From the human T2T-CHM13v2.0 reference genome, Homo sapiens, in assembly GCF_009914755.1 (NCBI RefSeq), contig NC_060947.1: a DNA stretch of 64,000 nt; one strand, 5' to 3'. Position 1 is the first letter of the stretch, and every line of letters begins with the position of its first letter. This document shows positions 1-14,857 of this stretch, one piece after another. Made by a program: the position numbers and the translations under genes. The notes under the pieces were generated by a model that saw only the letters and a program-made list of their open reading frames with translations, made no database searches and was not told where the DNA came from.

Positions 1-1020
1 CTCCAGACCATCCCTAGCACCAGACTGACCTCTATGGCCCTAGGTTTCAAGCCCACCACACCACCAGGCTGGCCCCTGCAGCTCTAGTCATCAGACCAGC
101 ACCTGTAGACTCAGCCTCTAGGATGGCCCCTGCAGATATAAAATCCAGGTCTACCCAGTGTCAAGCCAGCTCCTGAAGCCCCAGGCTTCAGGCCTGCCAC
201 AGCACCAGGTCAGCACCTCTGGCCTCAAAAACCAGGTGGGTACCTGTGGACACAGGCTCCAGGCTTGTCCAGTACCAGGCAGGTCACCTTGACTCCACCC
301 TCCATGCTGGCCCCTGCAGCCCCATGCTCTAGCAGACCCAGGATTCAGGCCTATCCCAGTAGACCCCTGCACTAGCATGGTCTCCATGACCCAGGCTCCA
401 GGGCTGACCCTATGTATCTAGGTTCCCAAGGCCTAAGGACTGAGGCTAGCCCTCGGAGACCTACCCTATAGACCGGAATCTGTATACTCAGCATCCAGGC
501 TGGGACCAGCAGATAAATTCCAGGTTGGTTCCCATAGCCCCCGGTTCCAGGCTAGCCTTAGCAAGCTCCAAACACCAGACTACCCCCCCACAGGCCCAGA
601 CTTCACACTGGCCCAGCACCAGGCCAGTCCCAGGCTCCAGTCATGTTACTGGGGCCCCAGGCCCCAGAGGACCCAGGGTCCAGGCCTGCTCCAGCATACC
701 CAGGTTCCAGATCCAACACAGCAGACCTGAGTGCCAGGCTGAACCTTATGAATGAAGGCTCCAAGACCCCTTGCAGACCCAGACTCCAGGCCAGCCCCCA
801 TAGACCTAGGATCCAGACTTGCCCCATTGATTGAGGCTCCAGGACTGTCCTAGTGCCAGGCCAGCCCCATAGATTCAGGCTGCAGGCCCACCACTCCAGC
901 ACCAGGTCAGCACCTGTGGACCCAGGCTTCAAGCTGGCTCCCATAGATATAGGCTCCAGGCTCACTGACATGAACCCAGGCCCCTGGTCATCCATGCACA
1001 ACCAACCAACAGTTCCACAC
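1..1020 (+). repeat. Degenerate C-rich tandem repeat (ccaggctccagg / ccagcccc / agaccc units) in the L1 5'UTR
   Basis: Many imperfect copies of ccaggc(t/c)ccagg and agacc motifs, directly upstream of the ORF1 remnant. Confidence 0.7.
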
Positions 1021-1630
1021 CAGGGGATTGAGGCTTCAGACTCAACCCTGTGGGCCCAGGTGTCAGGCCCACCTACCTACTGTCCCAGGTGCCTGGCCAG
1101 CCTGCCCAAGGACTCTGATGGCAATCTTGCCATTGGATCGTGCCAGACGGCCAGCCCAGAATCTCTGGGTGGGCTGAATAGTGAAGGGCCTCCCAAGATA
1201 AAGGCAGTCTGAAAAGACTGAAATAAGCCCCTACTTCCTTAAATGCACAGACACCAATGTAAATCAATAAGAACATGAAAAACCAAGGAGACATAATACA
1301 ACCAAAAGGACACAATAATCTCCCAGTAGCTGACCTCAAAGAAATGTAGATATACAAATTGCCAGATAAAGAATTCAAAATAATTGTTTTATGAAAGCTC
1401 AGTGAAAACCCAGAAAATCCAGAAAATCCAGGGGAACAATTCAATGAAGTCAGGAAAATAATAAATGACAAGAAGGAGAAATTTAACAGAGAGATTAAAA
1501 TTATATTTAAAAACCCAGAAATTCTAGTGCTAAAAAAATACAATAAACGACATGAAAAATGTAAAAGAACATCAACAGCAGAATAGATCAAGCAGAAGAA
1601 CGAATCCATGAACTAGAAATCAGGTTATTT

Positions 1631-1668
1631 GATGAGATTGGGCTTGTTCAGGATGGTATGGCTGTAGA
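1631..1668 (-). pseudogene. Tailless 5S rRNA retropseudogene (5' ~38 nt)
   Basis: Reverse complement tctacagccataccatcctgaacaagcccaatctcatc matches the 5S 5' end GTCTACGGCCATACCACCCTGAACGCGCCCGATCTCGTC with mostly CpG-decay changes; 14-bp TSD aaatcag(g/t)ttattt at 1617-1630 and 1669-1682. Confidence 0.9.
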
Positions 1669-2413
1669 AAATCAGTTTATTTGAAAATATACAATCAGAG
1701 GAGAAAAAAATGAATGAAACAGAATAAGGAAAGTATATAGGATTTATGGGACAGCATTAAAGAGCAAATATTGGAGCTAAGAGTTCTTAAATAAGAGACA
1801 CAGGGGTCAAAATCTTGTTTAATGAAATAATAGCAGAAAACATTCCAAATTTGGAGAAAGATGTGAATATCCAGGTACAGGAAAGGCAAAGTTCTTCAAT
1901 CCAAACAAGACTACACCAAGACATCTTATAATAAAACTGTCAATAATTAAGGACAAAAGGAGAATCCTAAAAGCAACAAGAGAAAAGAAGCAAATAAAGT
2001 ATAAGGGACTTTCCATAAAGCTAGTAGGAGATTTCTTAGCAGAGACCTTGCAGGCCAGGAGAGAATGAGATAATATATTCAAAGTACTGAAGAAAAAATC
2101 CTGCTAGTAGTGTAACACAAAAGCATATGAAAGTATACAATTCACTGGTGAAAGTAAGTACATGATCATATTCAGAATACTCTAATACTGTAATGGCAAT
2201 GTGTAAATCATTTAAATCTTTAGTATGAAGTTTAACATTCAAAACTATTAAAATAACAATAGCTACAATAATTTTTATGAGATACGAAATACAAAAAAAG
2301 GAAATTGTGATGTCAAAAATTTTAGATGTCGGGAAGGGTGGAGTAAAATTGTAGAGTTCTTTTATGCAATCACAGTAATGTTGTTATCAACTTCAATTAG
2401 CCTGTTATAACTA

Positions 2414-2828
<415 letters not shown>

Positions 2829-3000
2829 TCACAGAAAAAAACAAGAGAGAAATAAAAGGGAAAAATCTACTAAACAATCAGAAAACAATGAACAAAATGG
2901 CAGTAGTAAGTCCTTAGCTATCAATAGTTACCTTGAATGTAGTAGGATTAAATTTTCCTGTCACAAGACATAGAGCGGCCAAATGAATTTTTTACAAAAA

Positions 3001-3300
3001 CCAGGTGAGATGGTGCATGCCTATAGTCCCAGCTACTTGGGAGACTGAGGCAGGAGGGTTGCTTGAGTCCAAAAGTATGACTCCAGCCTGGGCTACCTAG
3101 TGAGACCCCATCTCAACAAAACATAAAACATTAGCCGGGCATGGTGGCACACATGGTCATCCCAGCTACTCAGGAGGATTGCTTGAGCCCAGCAGGTTAA
3201 GGCTGCAGTGAGCCATGATCATGCCACTGTACTCCAATCTTGGCAATAGAGTGAGACCCTGTCTCACAAAAAGAAAGAAATACATAAAAACAAAACAAAA
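3001..3300 (+). mobile_element. Diverged Alu (AluJ-like) with internal deletions
   Basis: Two Alu arms with ttgagcccag/ggctgcagtgagccatgatc J-type features. Confidence 0.85.
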
Positions 3301-3324
3301 CAAACAACCCAAAGATGTAGTTCT

Positions 3325-4016
3325 TTTTTTTTAATTGTACTTTAAGTTCTAGGGTATGTGTGCACAACGTGCAGGTTTGTTACATAGGTATACATGTGCC
3401 ATGTGGGTTTGCTGTACCCATCAACTCATCATTTACATTAGGTATTCCCCCTAATGTTATCCCTCCCCCAGCCCCCCACCCCCCAACAGGCCCTGGTGTG
3501 TGATGTCTCCCGCCCTGTGTCCAAGTGTTCTCATTGTTCAATTCCCGCCTATGAGTGAGAACATGCAGTGTTTAGTTTTCTGTCCTTGTGATACTTTGCT
3601 GAGAATGATGGTTTCCAGCTTCATCCATGTCCCTGCAAAAGACATGAACTCATCCTTTTTTATGGCTGCATAGTATTCCATGGTGTATATGTGCCACATT
3701 TTCTTAATCCAGTCTACCATTGATGGACATTTGGGTTGGTTCCAAGTCTTTGCTATTGTGAATAGGGCCACAATAAATATATGTGTGCATGTGTCCTTAT
3801 AGTAGCATGATTTATAATGCTTTGGGTATATACCCAGTAATGGGATTGCTGGGTCAAATGGTATTTCTAGTTCTAGATCCCTGAGGAATTGCCACACTGT
3901 CTTCCACAATGGTTGAACTAATTTATACTCCCACCAACAGTGTAAAGGCATTCCTATTTCTCCACATCCTCTCCAGCAGCTGTTGTTTCCTGACTTTTTA
4001 ATGATCGCCATTCTCA
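3325..4016 (-). mobile_element. 5'-truncated primate L1PA (ORF2 C-terminus + 3'UTR) inserted into the older L1
   Basis: ORF 3538-4017 is the L1 ORF2 C-terminus ([28 protein letters not shown]); poly-T at 3325; TSD aaagatgtagttct at 3311-3324 and 4017-4030. Confidence 0.95.
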
Positions 4017-4133
4017 AAAGATGTAGTTCTAAGAGGGAAGTTTATAGCTATAAACACCTACATCAAAAAAGAAGAAAGCAAAACAACCTAACATTGCGCA
4101 TCAACAAACTAGAAAAGAAAAAGTATAAACTAA

Positions 4134-4604
<471 letters not shown>

Positions 4605-5012
4605 TAACTAAGTTAAATCAGAAATGCAAGAGGAGATATTATAAATGATACCACAGAAATACAAAGGAGACATCTATGAACAATGATATGCCAACAAATT
4701 GGATAACCTAGAAGAAACAGATCAATTGCCAGACACAGGCAACCTACCAAGACTGTATCATGAAGAAATAAAAAAATCTGAAGACACCAATAATGAGTAA
4801 GGAGATTGAACCAGTAATAAAAATCTCCCATCAAAGAAAAGCCCAAGACCTAATGGCTTCACTGAGGAACTCTACCAAACATTTAAAGAACTAATAATTC
4901 TTCTCAAATGCTTCCAAGAAAAAATGAAAAAGAGGGAACACTTCCAAACTCATTTTATAAGGCCCCCGGTATAAAAGCCAGAGGACACTACACAAAAAGA
5001 AAATTATGGGAT

Positions 5013-5320
5013 GACTGGGCACAGTCACTCACACCTGTAATTTCAGCACTTTGGGAGGCTGAGGCAGGAAGATTTTTTGAGCCCAGGTGCTTGAGACCAG
5101 CCTGGGCAACATGGCAAAAACCCATCCCTACAAAAAAAACACAAAAACACCTGTAGTGTACACACCTGTAGTCCCAGCTACTCGGGATGCTGAGGTGGGA
5201 GGATCACCTGAGCCTGGGGAGGTTGAGGCTGCAGTGAGATGTGATTGTGCTACTGCACTCTAGCCTGCGTGACAGAGTGAGACCCTCTTTCAAATAAAAA
5301 AGAAAGAAAAGGAGAAAGAA
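5013..5320 (+). mobile_element. Alu (AluJ-like)
   Basis: Dimeric Alu with J-type features and A-rich tail. Confidence 0.9.
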
Positions 5321-5717
5321 AATTACAGGCCAGCATCCCTGATGAATATAGATGCAAAAATCTCAAACAAAACTAGCAAACTAAATTCAACAGCACATTA
5401 AAAGGATAATATATGATATTCAAGTGGGATTTATCCCAAGGATGGTTCAACATACACAAATCTATAAATGTGATATAGCACATTAACAGAATGATGAACA
5501 AAAACCATATGATCGTCTCAACAAATGCAGAACAAGCATTTGACAAAATTCGGCATTCCTTCATGATAAAAAATTATCAACAAATCAGGTGTAGAAGGAA
5601 TGTACCTCAACATAATAAAGACCATATGTAACAAACCCAGAGATAACATAATACTCAATGGTAATAAGTTGAAAGCCTTTCCTCTAGCTCAGTAACAAGA
5701 CAAAGATGGCCACTCTT

Positions 5718-6967
<1,250 letters not shown>

Positions 6968-7472
6968 CAAAGATGGCCACTCTTGCCACTTCTGTTCAAC
7001 ATAGTACTGGAAGTCCTAGCCAGAACAATTAGGCAAGAGAAAGGAATGCATCTAAATTAGAAAGTAGGAAGTTAAATTGTCCCTGTTTGCAGACAACATG
7101 GTCTTATTTATAGAAAACCCATAGAAAACTGTTAGAACTAATAAATGAATTCAGTAAAGCTACAGGATATAAAACCAACATACAAAAGCAGAAGTGTTTC
7201 TATACATTAATAATGAACTATCCAAAAAAGAAATCAAGAAACAATCACATTTATCATAGTATCAAAAAATACTTAGGAATACATTTAACTAAGGAAATGA
7301 AAGAGTTGTACACTGAAAACTATAAAACATTGATGAAAGAAACTGATGAAGACATAAATAAATGAAAAGATATCTTATGTTCATGGATTAGAAAAGTTAA
7401 TATTGTTAAAATGTCCATTCCACTTAAAGCAATCTATAGACTCAATGCTATCCTGATAAAAATTTCAATGAC

Positions 7473-7514
7473 TTACAGTCCTCCATGACATCAAAAAAAA
7501 AAAAAAAGGGAAGG
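7473..7514 (+). other. Micro-retroposed insertion: 20 nt + poly(A)
   Basis: ttacagtcctccatgacatc + A15 + gggaagg between exact 15-bp TSDs aaaaatttcaatgac (7458-7472, 7515-7529). Confidence 0.8.
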
Positions 7515-8503
7515 AAAAATTTCAATGACGTTTTTCATAGAAATAGAAAAACAATCCCAAAATTTGTATGGAACCTACAAAAGACCTCAAATAGCCAAAG
7601 CAATCTTGAGCAAAAAGAACAAAGCTGAAGGCATCACAATACGTGACTTCAAAATATATTACAAAGTGATAGTAATCAAAAGGCATGGTACTGGCATTAA
7701 AACAGACATATAGACCAATAGAACAGAAGAGAGAGCCCCAGGAATAAATCCTCTCATTTACAGTCAATTGATTTTTGACAAAAGTATCAAGAACACACAA
7801 TAGGGAAAGAAAAGCATTGGAACGACTGGATATCCACATGCAGAAGAATGAAATTAGACCCTTATCTCACACCATATTCCAAAATCAACTCAACTGGATA
7901 AAAGGTTTAAATATAAGAACTAAAACTGTAAAACTGCTAGAAGAAATCCTAGGGGAAAATCTCCATGACATTGATATAGGCAATGATTTTTTGGATATGA
8001 ACCCAAAACCACAGTCAAGGAAAGCAAAAATAGATAAATGAGATTATATCAACTAAAAGGCTTCTGCACAGGCAAAGAAACAATTGATAGAGTGAAGAGA
8101 CAACCTATGAAATGAGAGAAAATATTTGCAAACCTTACATCTGATAAGGGGTTAATATCTAGGATATATAAGCAACTCATACAACTCAGTAGTAGGAAAA
8201 CAAATAACCTAATTTAAAAATGGACAAAGGCTCTGAATAGACATTTTTTAAAAGAAGACATACAAATGGTCAACAGGTATATGAAAAAATGCTCAAAACC
8301 ACTAATCACTAGGGAAATGGAAATTAAAACCACCATGAGATATCACTTCACACCAGTTAGAATGGCTATTATCAAAAAAGTGAAAGTTAAGTTTTGGAGA
8401 GGATATGAAGAAAAGTGAACTCTTATATACTCTTGATGGGAATGTAAATTAATACAGCCATTATGAAAAACAGTACGGAGGTTCCTCAAAAAATAAAAAA
8501 TAG

Positions 8504-8795
8504 GGCTAGGTATGGTGGCTCATGCTAGTAATCTCAGCACTTTGGGAGGCCAAGGTGGAAGTATCACTTGAGGCCAGGAGTTTGAGACCCCCTTGGATAA
8601 CAGAGTGAGGCCCCCATCTCTGCAAAAATTTTAAAAATTGGCTGAACATGGTGGCACACACCTATAATCTCAGCTACTTGGGAAGCTGAGGTGGGAGGAT
8701 TACTTGAGCCCAGGAGTTCAAGGCTGCAGTGAGTTATGATCATGCCACTGCACTCTAGCCTGAATCATAGAGTGAGATCTCATTTTTTAAAAGGG
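8504..8795 (+). mobile_element. Alu (AluJ-like)
   Basis: Diverged dimeric Alu. Confidence 0.9.
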
Positions 8796-9499
8796 AGAAA
8801 TAAAAATAGAACCATGTGATCCGGCAATCCTTTTTCTGGATATATACTTGAAAGAAATGAAATCAGTACCTCAATGAGATACCAGCACTCCCATGTTCAT
8901 TGCAGCATTATTCACAATAGCCAAGATAAGGAATTAACCTGTTTGTCAACAGATGAATGAAGAAAATGTGGTTCATATACACAAGTACTATTTAGCCTTA
9001 AAAAAAGAAGGAAATCCTGTCATTTGTGACAATATGGGTGAACCTGGAAGACATTATATTAAGTGAAATAAGCTAGATTTATGTTTGTCTTTCTGTACAA
9101 AGACAAATACAACATGATCACCCTGAAATGTGGAATCTAAAAAGTTGAACTTATAGAAATAGGAAGTAGTACAGTGGTTACCAGGCACTGGGCTAGAGGG
9201 TATGGTTGGGGAGATGTTGATCAAAAGATACCAAATTTCAGCTAGATAGGAAGAAGAGGTTCAAGAGATCTATTGTACAACATGGTGACCATAGTTAATA
9301 ACAAGGTATTGTATTATTGAAAGTTGCTAAGAGAGTAAATTTTAAGAGTTCTCACCACAAAAATAAGTATGTGAGGTAATGAATATGTTAATTATTATGA
9401 TATAGCCACTCCACAATGTATACATATTTCAAAACAACATGTTGTGCATGATAAACTATACAACTTTTATTCATCAATTTAAAAAATAAATTAAATTGA

Positions 9500-9835
9500 A
9501 GAAATCAGTGGACTTTGACTAATGCAGATTACCATCCATAATGTGGGTGGGCCTCATCCAATCAGTTGAAGGCCTTAAGAGAGCAAAGTCTGACCTCTTT
9601 TGAGCAAGAAGGAATTCTGCCAACAGATATTGGACTGGAACTGCAACTTGTCCCTGAGGCTCCTGCCTGCCATCCTATCTCATCAAATTTTAGACTTGCC
9701 AGTCCTCCAAATCACATGAACCAATTCCTTAAAATAAATCTTTCTTTCTTTCTCCATGCACACACATACACACACATGCATACACATATACATCCTCTTG
9801 GTTCTGTTTCTCTGGAGAAACCCTGACCAATATAC
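9500..9835 (+). mobile_element. MLT2-type (ERV-L) LTR, 3' portion
   Basis: gcagatt..aatgtgggtgggcctcatccaatcagttgaaggcct and terminal ggttctgtttctctggagaaaccctgaccaatata match the recalled MLT2 consensus; internal (CA)-rich tract. Confidence 0.85.
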
Positions 9836-11489
9836 CTTTCCTAGACAACAGTCAGTATCCAAGGAAGGCAATGTCTACCACATATTACTTGGGCCAAAGC
9901 ATGTCTAAAAAATCAGGAACAACCACCATCTTGGCAATGCTTCCCTAACCCAACCTCTCACAATATCAACTGCAAGTTTTACACAACCTTAAATGGAAGC
10001 AAACTCTATAACAGTTGCATCTCTGGCTGTTCACAGAAAAGAATCATATTTCTTAAGTGTTAAAGCAAAGCCAATTCATGTAAAAAACATATTTGATCCC
10101 ATGGAGAAATCCAACCTCTCTCTGTATAGAAGCTTATTTACCCAAATTGACCAACTACTTGCTTACAACTATTATAAAAATTGCTGGGTTTACCAAGACC
10201 ATCATTAACAATGACTTAGAAAATATTTAAGCAAAATGGCCACCCAATGTTACTCCTCTGGGGCACCTTATAAAGCAAATGCCCCAGCTTACAGAAGACA
10301 GAAGCAGTAATGAGAAGCCTAGTAGTGAAGCTAAATGTATTGGTATAGTCACATGGCCACCTCCCAAGGGACCACCCCTGAGGCTAATAAAACTGTATAA
10401 ATGGCCATCCTAGAAAATTTTCCCCTAAAATGAAGGCCATGGTCCTCCACTGAAGCACAGCAATATTGCAATAAACAGGGAAGGGAATGGGCCACATGTG
10501 TAATATAATTGACGACTACTTTCCAAATAACTTGATCCATCTGTAAAGATCCCACGTGTGAGTGTTTCACAGTTTAGGATATAATTTTGTGTGCTGCTAA
10601 ATTGACAACTTTTGTTTTGAACCATTAAGAGCATCTGTGAAACCTATTCCATGCCCATGGAAACACACTGATGCTATTTACTATTAGCAATCAGCAGGAA
10701 ATCCAAGTACCAATACACACTAATTTGGGCAAGTAGAAACAGAAAGTTGCCCACCAAACCAAACTTGTATATAGTTTTGGCCACAGCGATATATAAGACA
10801 GCAAATCCAACCATGCTGGGCTTGCTTCTACCAACCTGATTTTAGTACATATAGCATAATCCTCTCCCCTGGCCAAGCACCTTTCAAAACCTCACTTAGC
10901 AAGATGAACATATTCTATCATTATCCAATGACAACATCCAGAGGGTAATTTCACACAAATGTGAAATGTGAAATGGTGAGCTGAGCTCATAACCAGTTTA
11001 GTTGATCTAGGTGCTGAGTGCAAGACAGATAACACACAAGCTTGTCTGACTTTAACATTATAAGCTCCTATTAACACAATCTGGAATTGCACTAAGTCAC
11101 ACAAACTTGCCTTCATAGGTATTCAGATAATACAGGCAGCAGAGGGAACCTGGAGAACCTGTAAGGGAATCAGATGACTTCCCCTGTCACAAGTTTTGCT
11201 TGTCTGACCCTGGATGATATATCCCTCACTTGTGTTTGGCTCAAAATTCCAGTAGATTTCTAATGAGTAGCAACCCCCCATCCCACCCCCTTACAAAGTA
11301 CTTGCCCCTACAAACTATACTAAGTGCAACTCTCCAATGCTACAAATGAGTTTTCCCCACAATCTCCCTGGTACTAGCAGCAATAGTATTATTAAATCGG
11401 GGTGGTGGGGGGTGGGCAGTAGAACAACGTAAGTATAGAGTACCACACAATAATTAAAAGATACACAGACAGTCGTGTCTAAGAAATTA

Positions 11490-14400
11490 TTCACACAAAT
11501 TAAAGTAGCTCAGGTTGCATGGTAACTTAATGGTCCATGGCTAAGTGTTCAGTCTCTACTAAGACCCCGTAAGGGCCTCATATGGTGTCTCACACTTGTA
11601 GTCCCAGCACTTTGGCAGGCTGAAGCAGGAGGATCGCTTGAGGCCAGGAGTTTGAGATCAGCCTGGGCAACACAGTGAGACCTCATCTCTACAAAAGAAA
11701 AAATGTAAAAACATTAGCTAGGCATGGTGATGCACACCTGTAGTCTCAGCTACTCAGGAGGCTGAAGCTGGAGGATTGTTTGAGCCTAGGAATTTGAGGT
11801 TATATGATCATGCCTCCACTCTCCAGCGTGGGCAACAAAGTGAAACACTGTCTCTCTTTCCTCTCTTTCCCTAGAAAAAAAAAAAAGCCTACTAGGAAGC
11901 CAAAAACTGTTTCTCAAAAATAAAATAGTTATTCAGAAAGGATGGCAGGGCTTTGCTCCAAAATCCTAATGGCCTGAACTTGATTAATCTATAGGGGCCT
12001 TACAGAAGCTTCAAACAGCACCTTTACCTGCCACTGACCCTGCAAGTCCCACTAGATCGGCTGGATCAAGTAGCCCACATATCAGAACAGCTTGCGTGGC
12101 AGCCAAAAACTTTTGTGGAGCCTTCGCTTGGCTCCACTGGAAACTAGCAGCTTTTTAGGTTACTTGGTAAATGTGTCAGGAGTATCACACCCAAGTGAGA
12201 AATTTGTCGCCTCCACAATCCAAAGAGGCTCACTAGGCATTGTGCCTCTTTTCTTGGATGTAGTAAGGGCCAGATGCAACAACTTATCCTTCATCTTAGA
12301 AGTGATATTTCAACATGCCTCACACCGCTGGACACCTAGAAACTTCACTGAGTTGGAAGTTCCCTGAATTTTTTTCTACCCTCTGACATGCAAATGTCTC
12401 ACCAATATGTTTACAGTAGTTGCTACTTCTTGTTCACTAGGTCCAGTTTGCATAATATCATCAATGCAATGGACCAGTATGATGGCTTGTGGCAAGAAGA
12501 GGTGATCAAGGTCCTTGCAGACTGAATTATGACAGAGGGCCACAGAGTTGACATGCCCATGACATAGGATAGTGAAAGATGTATTGCTGGCTTTGTCAGC
12601 TGAAAGTAAACTGATTCTGGTGGTCTTTTTTATTAATAAGTATCAATAGCTACCTACCAGGTAACAGGAGATATATTAATTTGCTCATCAACAAAATCAC
12701 ATCTGGAACAGCAGCTGTAATTGGAGATAAATACCTGGTTAATAGTAATCCACTGTCATTCTCCAAGATTCATCTGCTTTCTGCACAAGTCAAATGGGTG
12801 AGTTGAATGGGATGTCGTGGGAATCACTATCTTGCATCTTTCAAGTACTTGATGTTTGTACTAATCTCTGTTATCCCTCTAGGGCTATGGTATTGCTTTT
12901 GGTTTACTATTTTCCTATGTAGAAGCAGCTCTAGTGGCTTCCTATTGACCTTTTCTACCATAGTAGACCTCAATCAACAATCAGGAAACCAATGTGCCAA
13001 CTCTGCCAGTTGCTGAGTATGTCTATTCCAATTATGCATTCTGGAACTTGGACAATAACCACGAAATGAGTTTGGAGATCCACTGGACCCTCTGTGAGAC
13101 AGAACTGAGCTAAAACTACATTGATCCCCTGACTTTCATAAGCCCCACTCTAATTGGTGGACTATAGTGACATTTTGGGTCTCTTGGAATGAGTGTCACT
13201 TCAGAGCCAGTGTCCAGTAATACCCAAAATGTCTGATTATTTCTTTTTCCCCAATGCATAGCCACTTGATAAATGGCCATATGTTCCTTTGAGGAAGTCT
13301 ATAAAGAAGAGTAACAGTATAAAGTTTTGGCAGTATAACAGGATTCTTCCTCAAGGGCTTCCCCTTCATTCAAGGGGTTGTGGGTCTGTTAACTGGCTGA
13401 AGTCTGGGAGTTCGTTGGACAGTGAGTCTATGTTTTGGTGATTCAAGTTAGACATTGTTCACTCAAACTAGAATGCTCCTGCTTATACAGATCAAGGAAG
13501 AATTTATATCCATCTATTTCTTTTCTAGGGACATGATGATCAACCAGCCAATGCCAAAGGTCTCCGAAAGTTACACTATTTTGATTATTGCTTTGACTCC
13601 CCTGTCCATCACAGCAACCACACTCACCTTGTCTTTGATGATTTAGTTCTGCCATTTGGCCCCTGCTGCCCCAGGATCCGATTGCCTCTATTGCATTCAG
13701 GGATCCCAGTTTGGTGGCAGCAGTTCCCACTATAATTTCTGACCTACAGAGAAAAGCAACCACAGAACTCTTCAAAGATGCAGGGGTTCCCCCTCACAAA
13801 TCTATTTCTCACAACCATGTTGAAAGATGTGTTCTCCCAATGTGGGTGAAGGGATCTTAAACAATAAATTGACTCTAACATTCTAATCTTCCTAAGCCTT
13901 TAAATCCCTTCCTTTACAGTATACCAAGACAGTTCTGTCATTTCAACTTCATTTGGTGTAGGCCACTTTTGGTCCATGTTTCAGCCAACCAACCAAACTG
14001 TTAGCGCCCTAACACATTGAGCTAAAACATTCAATTCACTATTTCTTCTTAGTGGGCCTATATTAATAAAGTTAGCCTGATTCAACTTCCTATTCCTTCC
14101 AAAATTATCCCACACCCTTAATATCCACTTCCACACATATTCCCCAGATTTCTATCTATATAAACTGAAAAAAAATCTTGCAGTTGTTTTGGTGTGTAGC
14201 ACACCTTTCAAGGCCTCCTGCAACTTGAGCCGAACTGTATGTCTAGAAGCAAAGAGGGGTTGTGGGTAAGTCCTCATGAAACTCATCAGTGCCTTGCAAG
14301 GAAACTACCTCAAGGAAGGTCACTGCAGGTTCTTCAGGCAAAGCAGGGTTAACCTTTTCAGACAAGACTAGAATGGCTGGCAAAGAAGACTCTGTAGAAT

Positions 14401-14600
14401 TTAGGAGTCTGATGTCCCCAGCTTCATTGGGATCTTCTCATAGTCCCCTACTCCAATTTTCAGGATCCCATCCCTTCCCAACAAATGTCCTCTTTTTAAC
14501 AGAACTTCTGCATCTTATTCCCCATTCCTCATCCCACATATCTTTACAATTGCCTTGTTCCTGGATGCTAATTTGAAAATATACTACCTGATTCATTATT
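11490..14600 (-). mobile_element. ERV-L internal remnant (gag-pro-pol), heavily decayed
   Basis: Minus strand gives IILVHCIDDIM (ERV-L RT YIDD motif) near 12450-12485, [18 protein letters not shown] near 11505-11565 and gag-like LKSSVVAFLCR..NHQRQG (ORF 13443-13775). Confidence 0.88.
11574..11887 (+). mobile_element. Alu (AluJ-like) inserted in ERV-L pol
   Basis: Diverged dimeric Alu with CT-rich then A tail. Confidence 0.9.
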
Positions 14601-14645
14601 TTTCCATAAACCTTTGCTTTACTGGCAGAATAGAATCTTAGGTTG

Positions 14646-14857
14646 TGCTATGGTTTGAATGTGTCCTCTTTGAAATTCAGGTGTTGGAACTTAATGGCAA
14701 TGTGATGCAGCAAGAAGGCCCTTGCCAGACAATTGAACCTGCCAGCACTTGATCTTGGACTTCCCAGCCTCCAGAACTGTAAGAAAATAAATTTCTGTTC
14801 TTTATAAATTACCCAGTTTCAGGTATTCTGTTATAGAAGCACAAATGGACTAAGACA
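14646..14857 (+). mobile_element. MST-type MaLR solo LTR with internal deletion
   Basis: Starts tgctatggtttgaatgtgtcc, ends aaatggactaagaca; AATAAA present; 5-bp TSD ggttg (14641-14645, 14858-14862). Confidence 0.88.

Noticed and set aside
151-1212. Overlapping Pro/Gly-rich ORFs on both strands
   Set aside because: By-products of the GC-rich degenerate repeat in the L1 5'UTR; no recognisable protein
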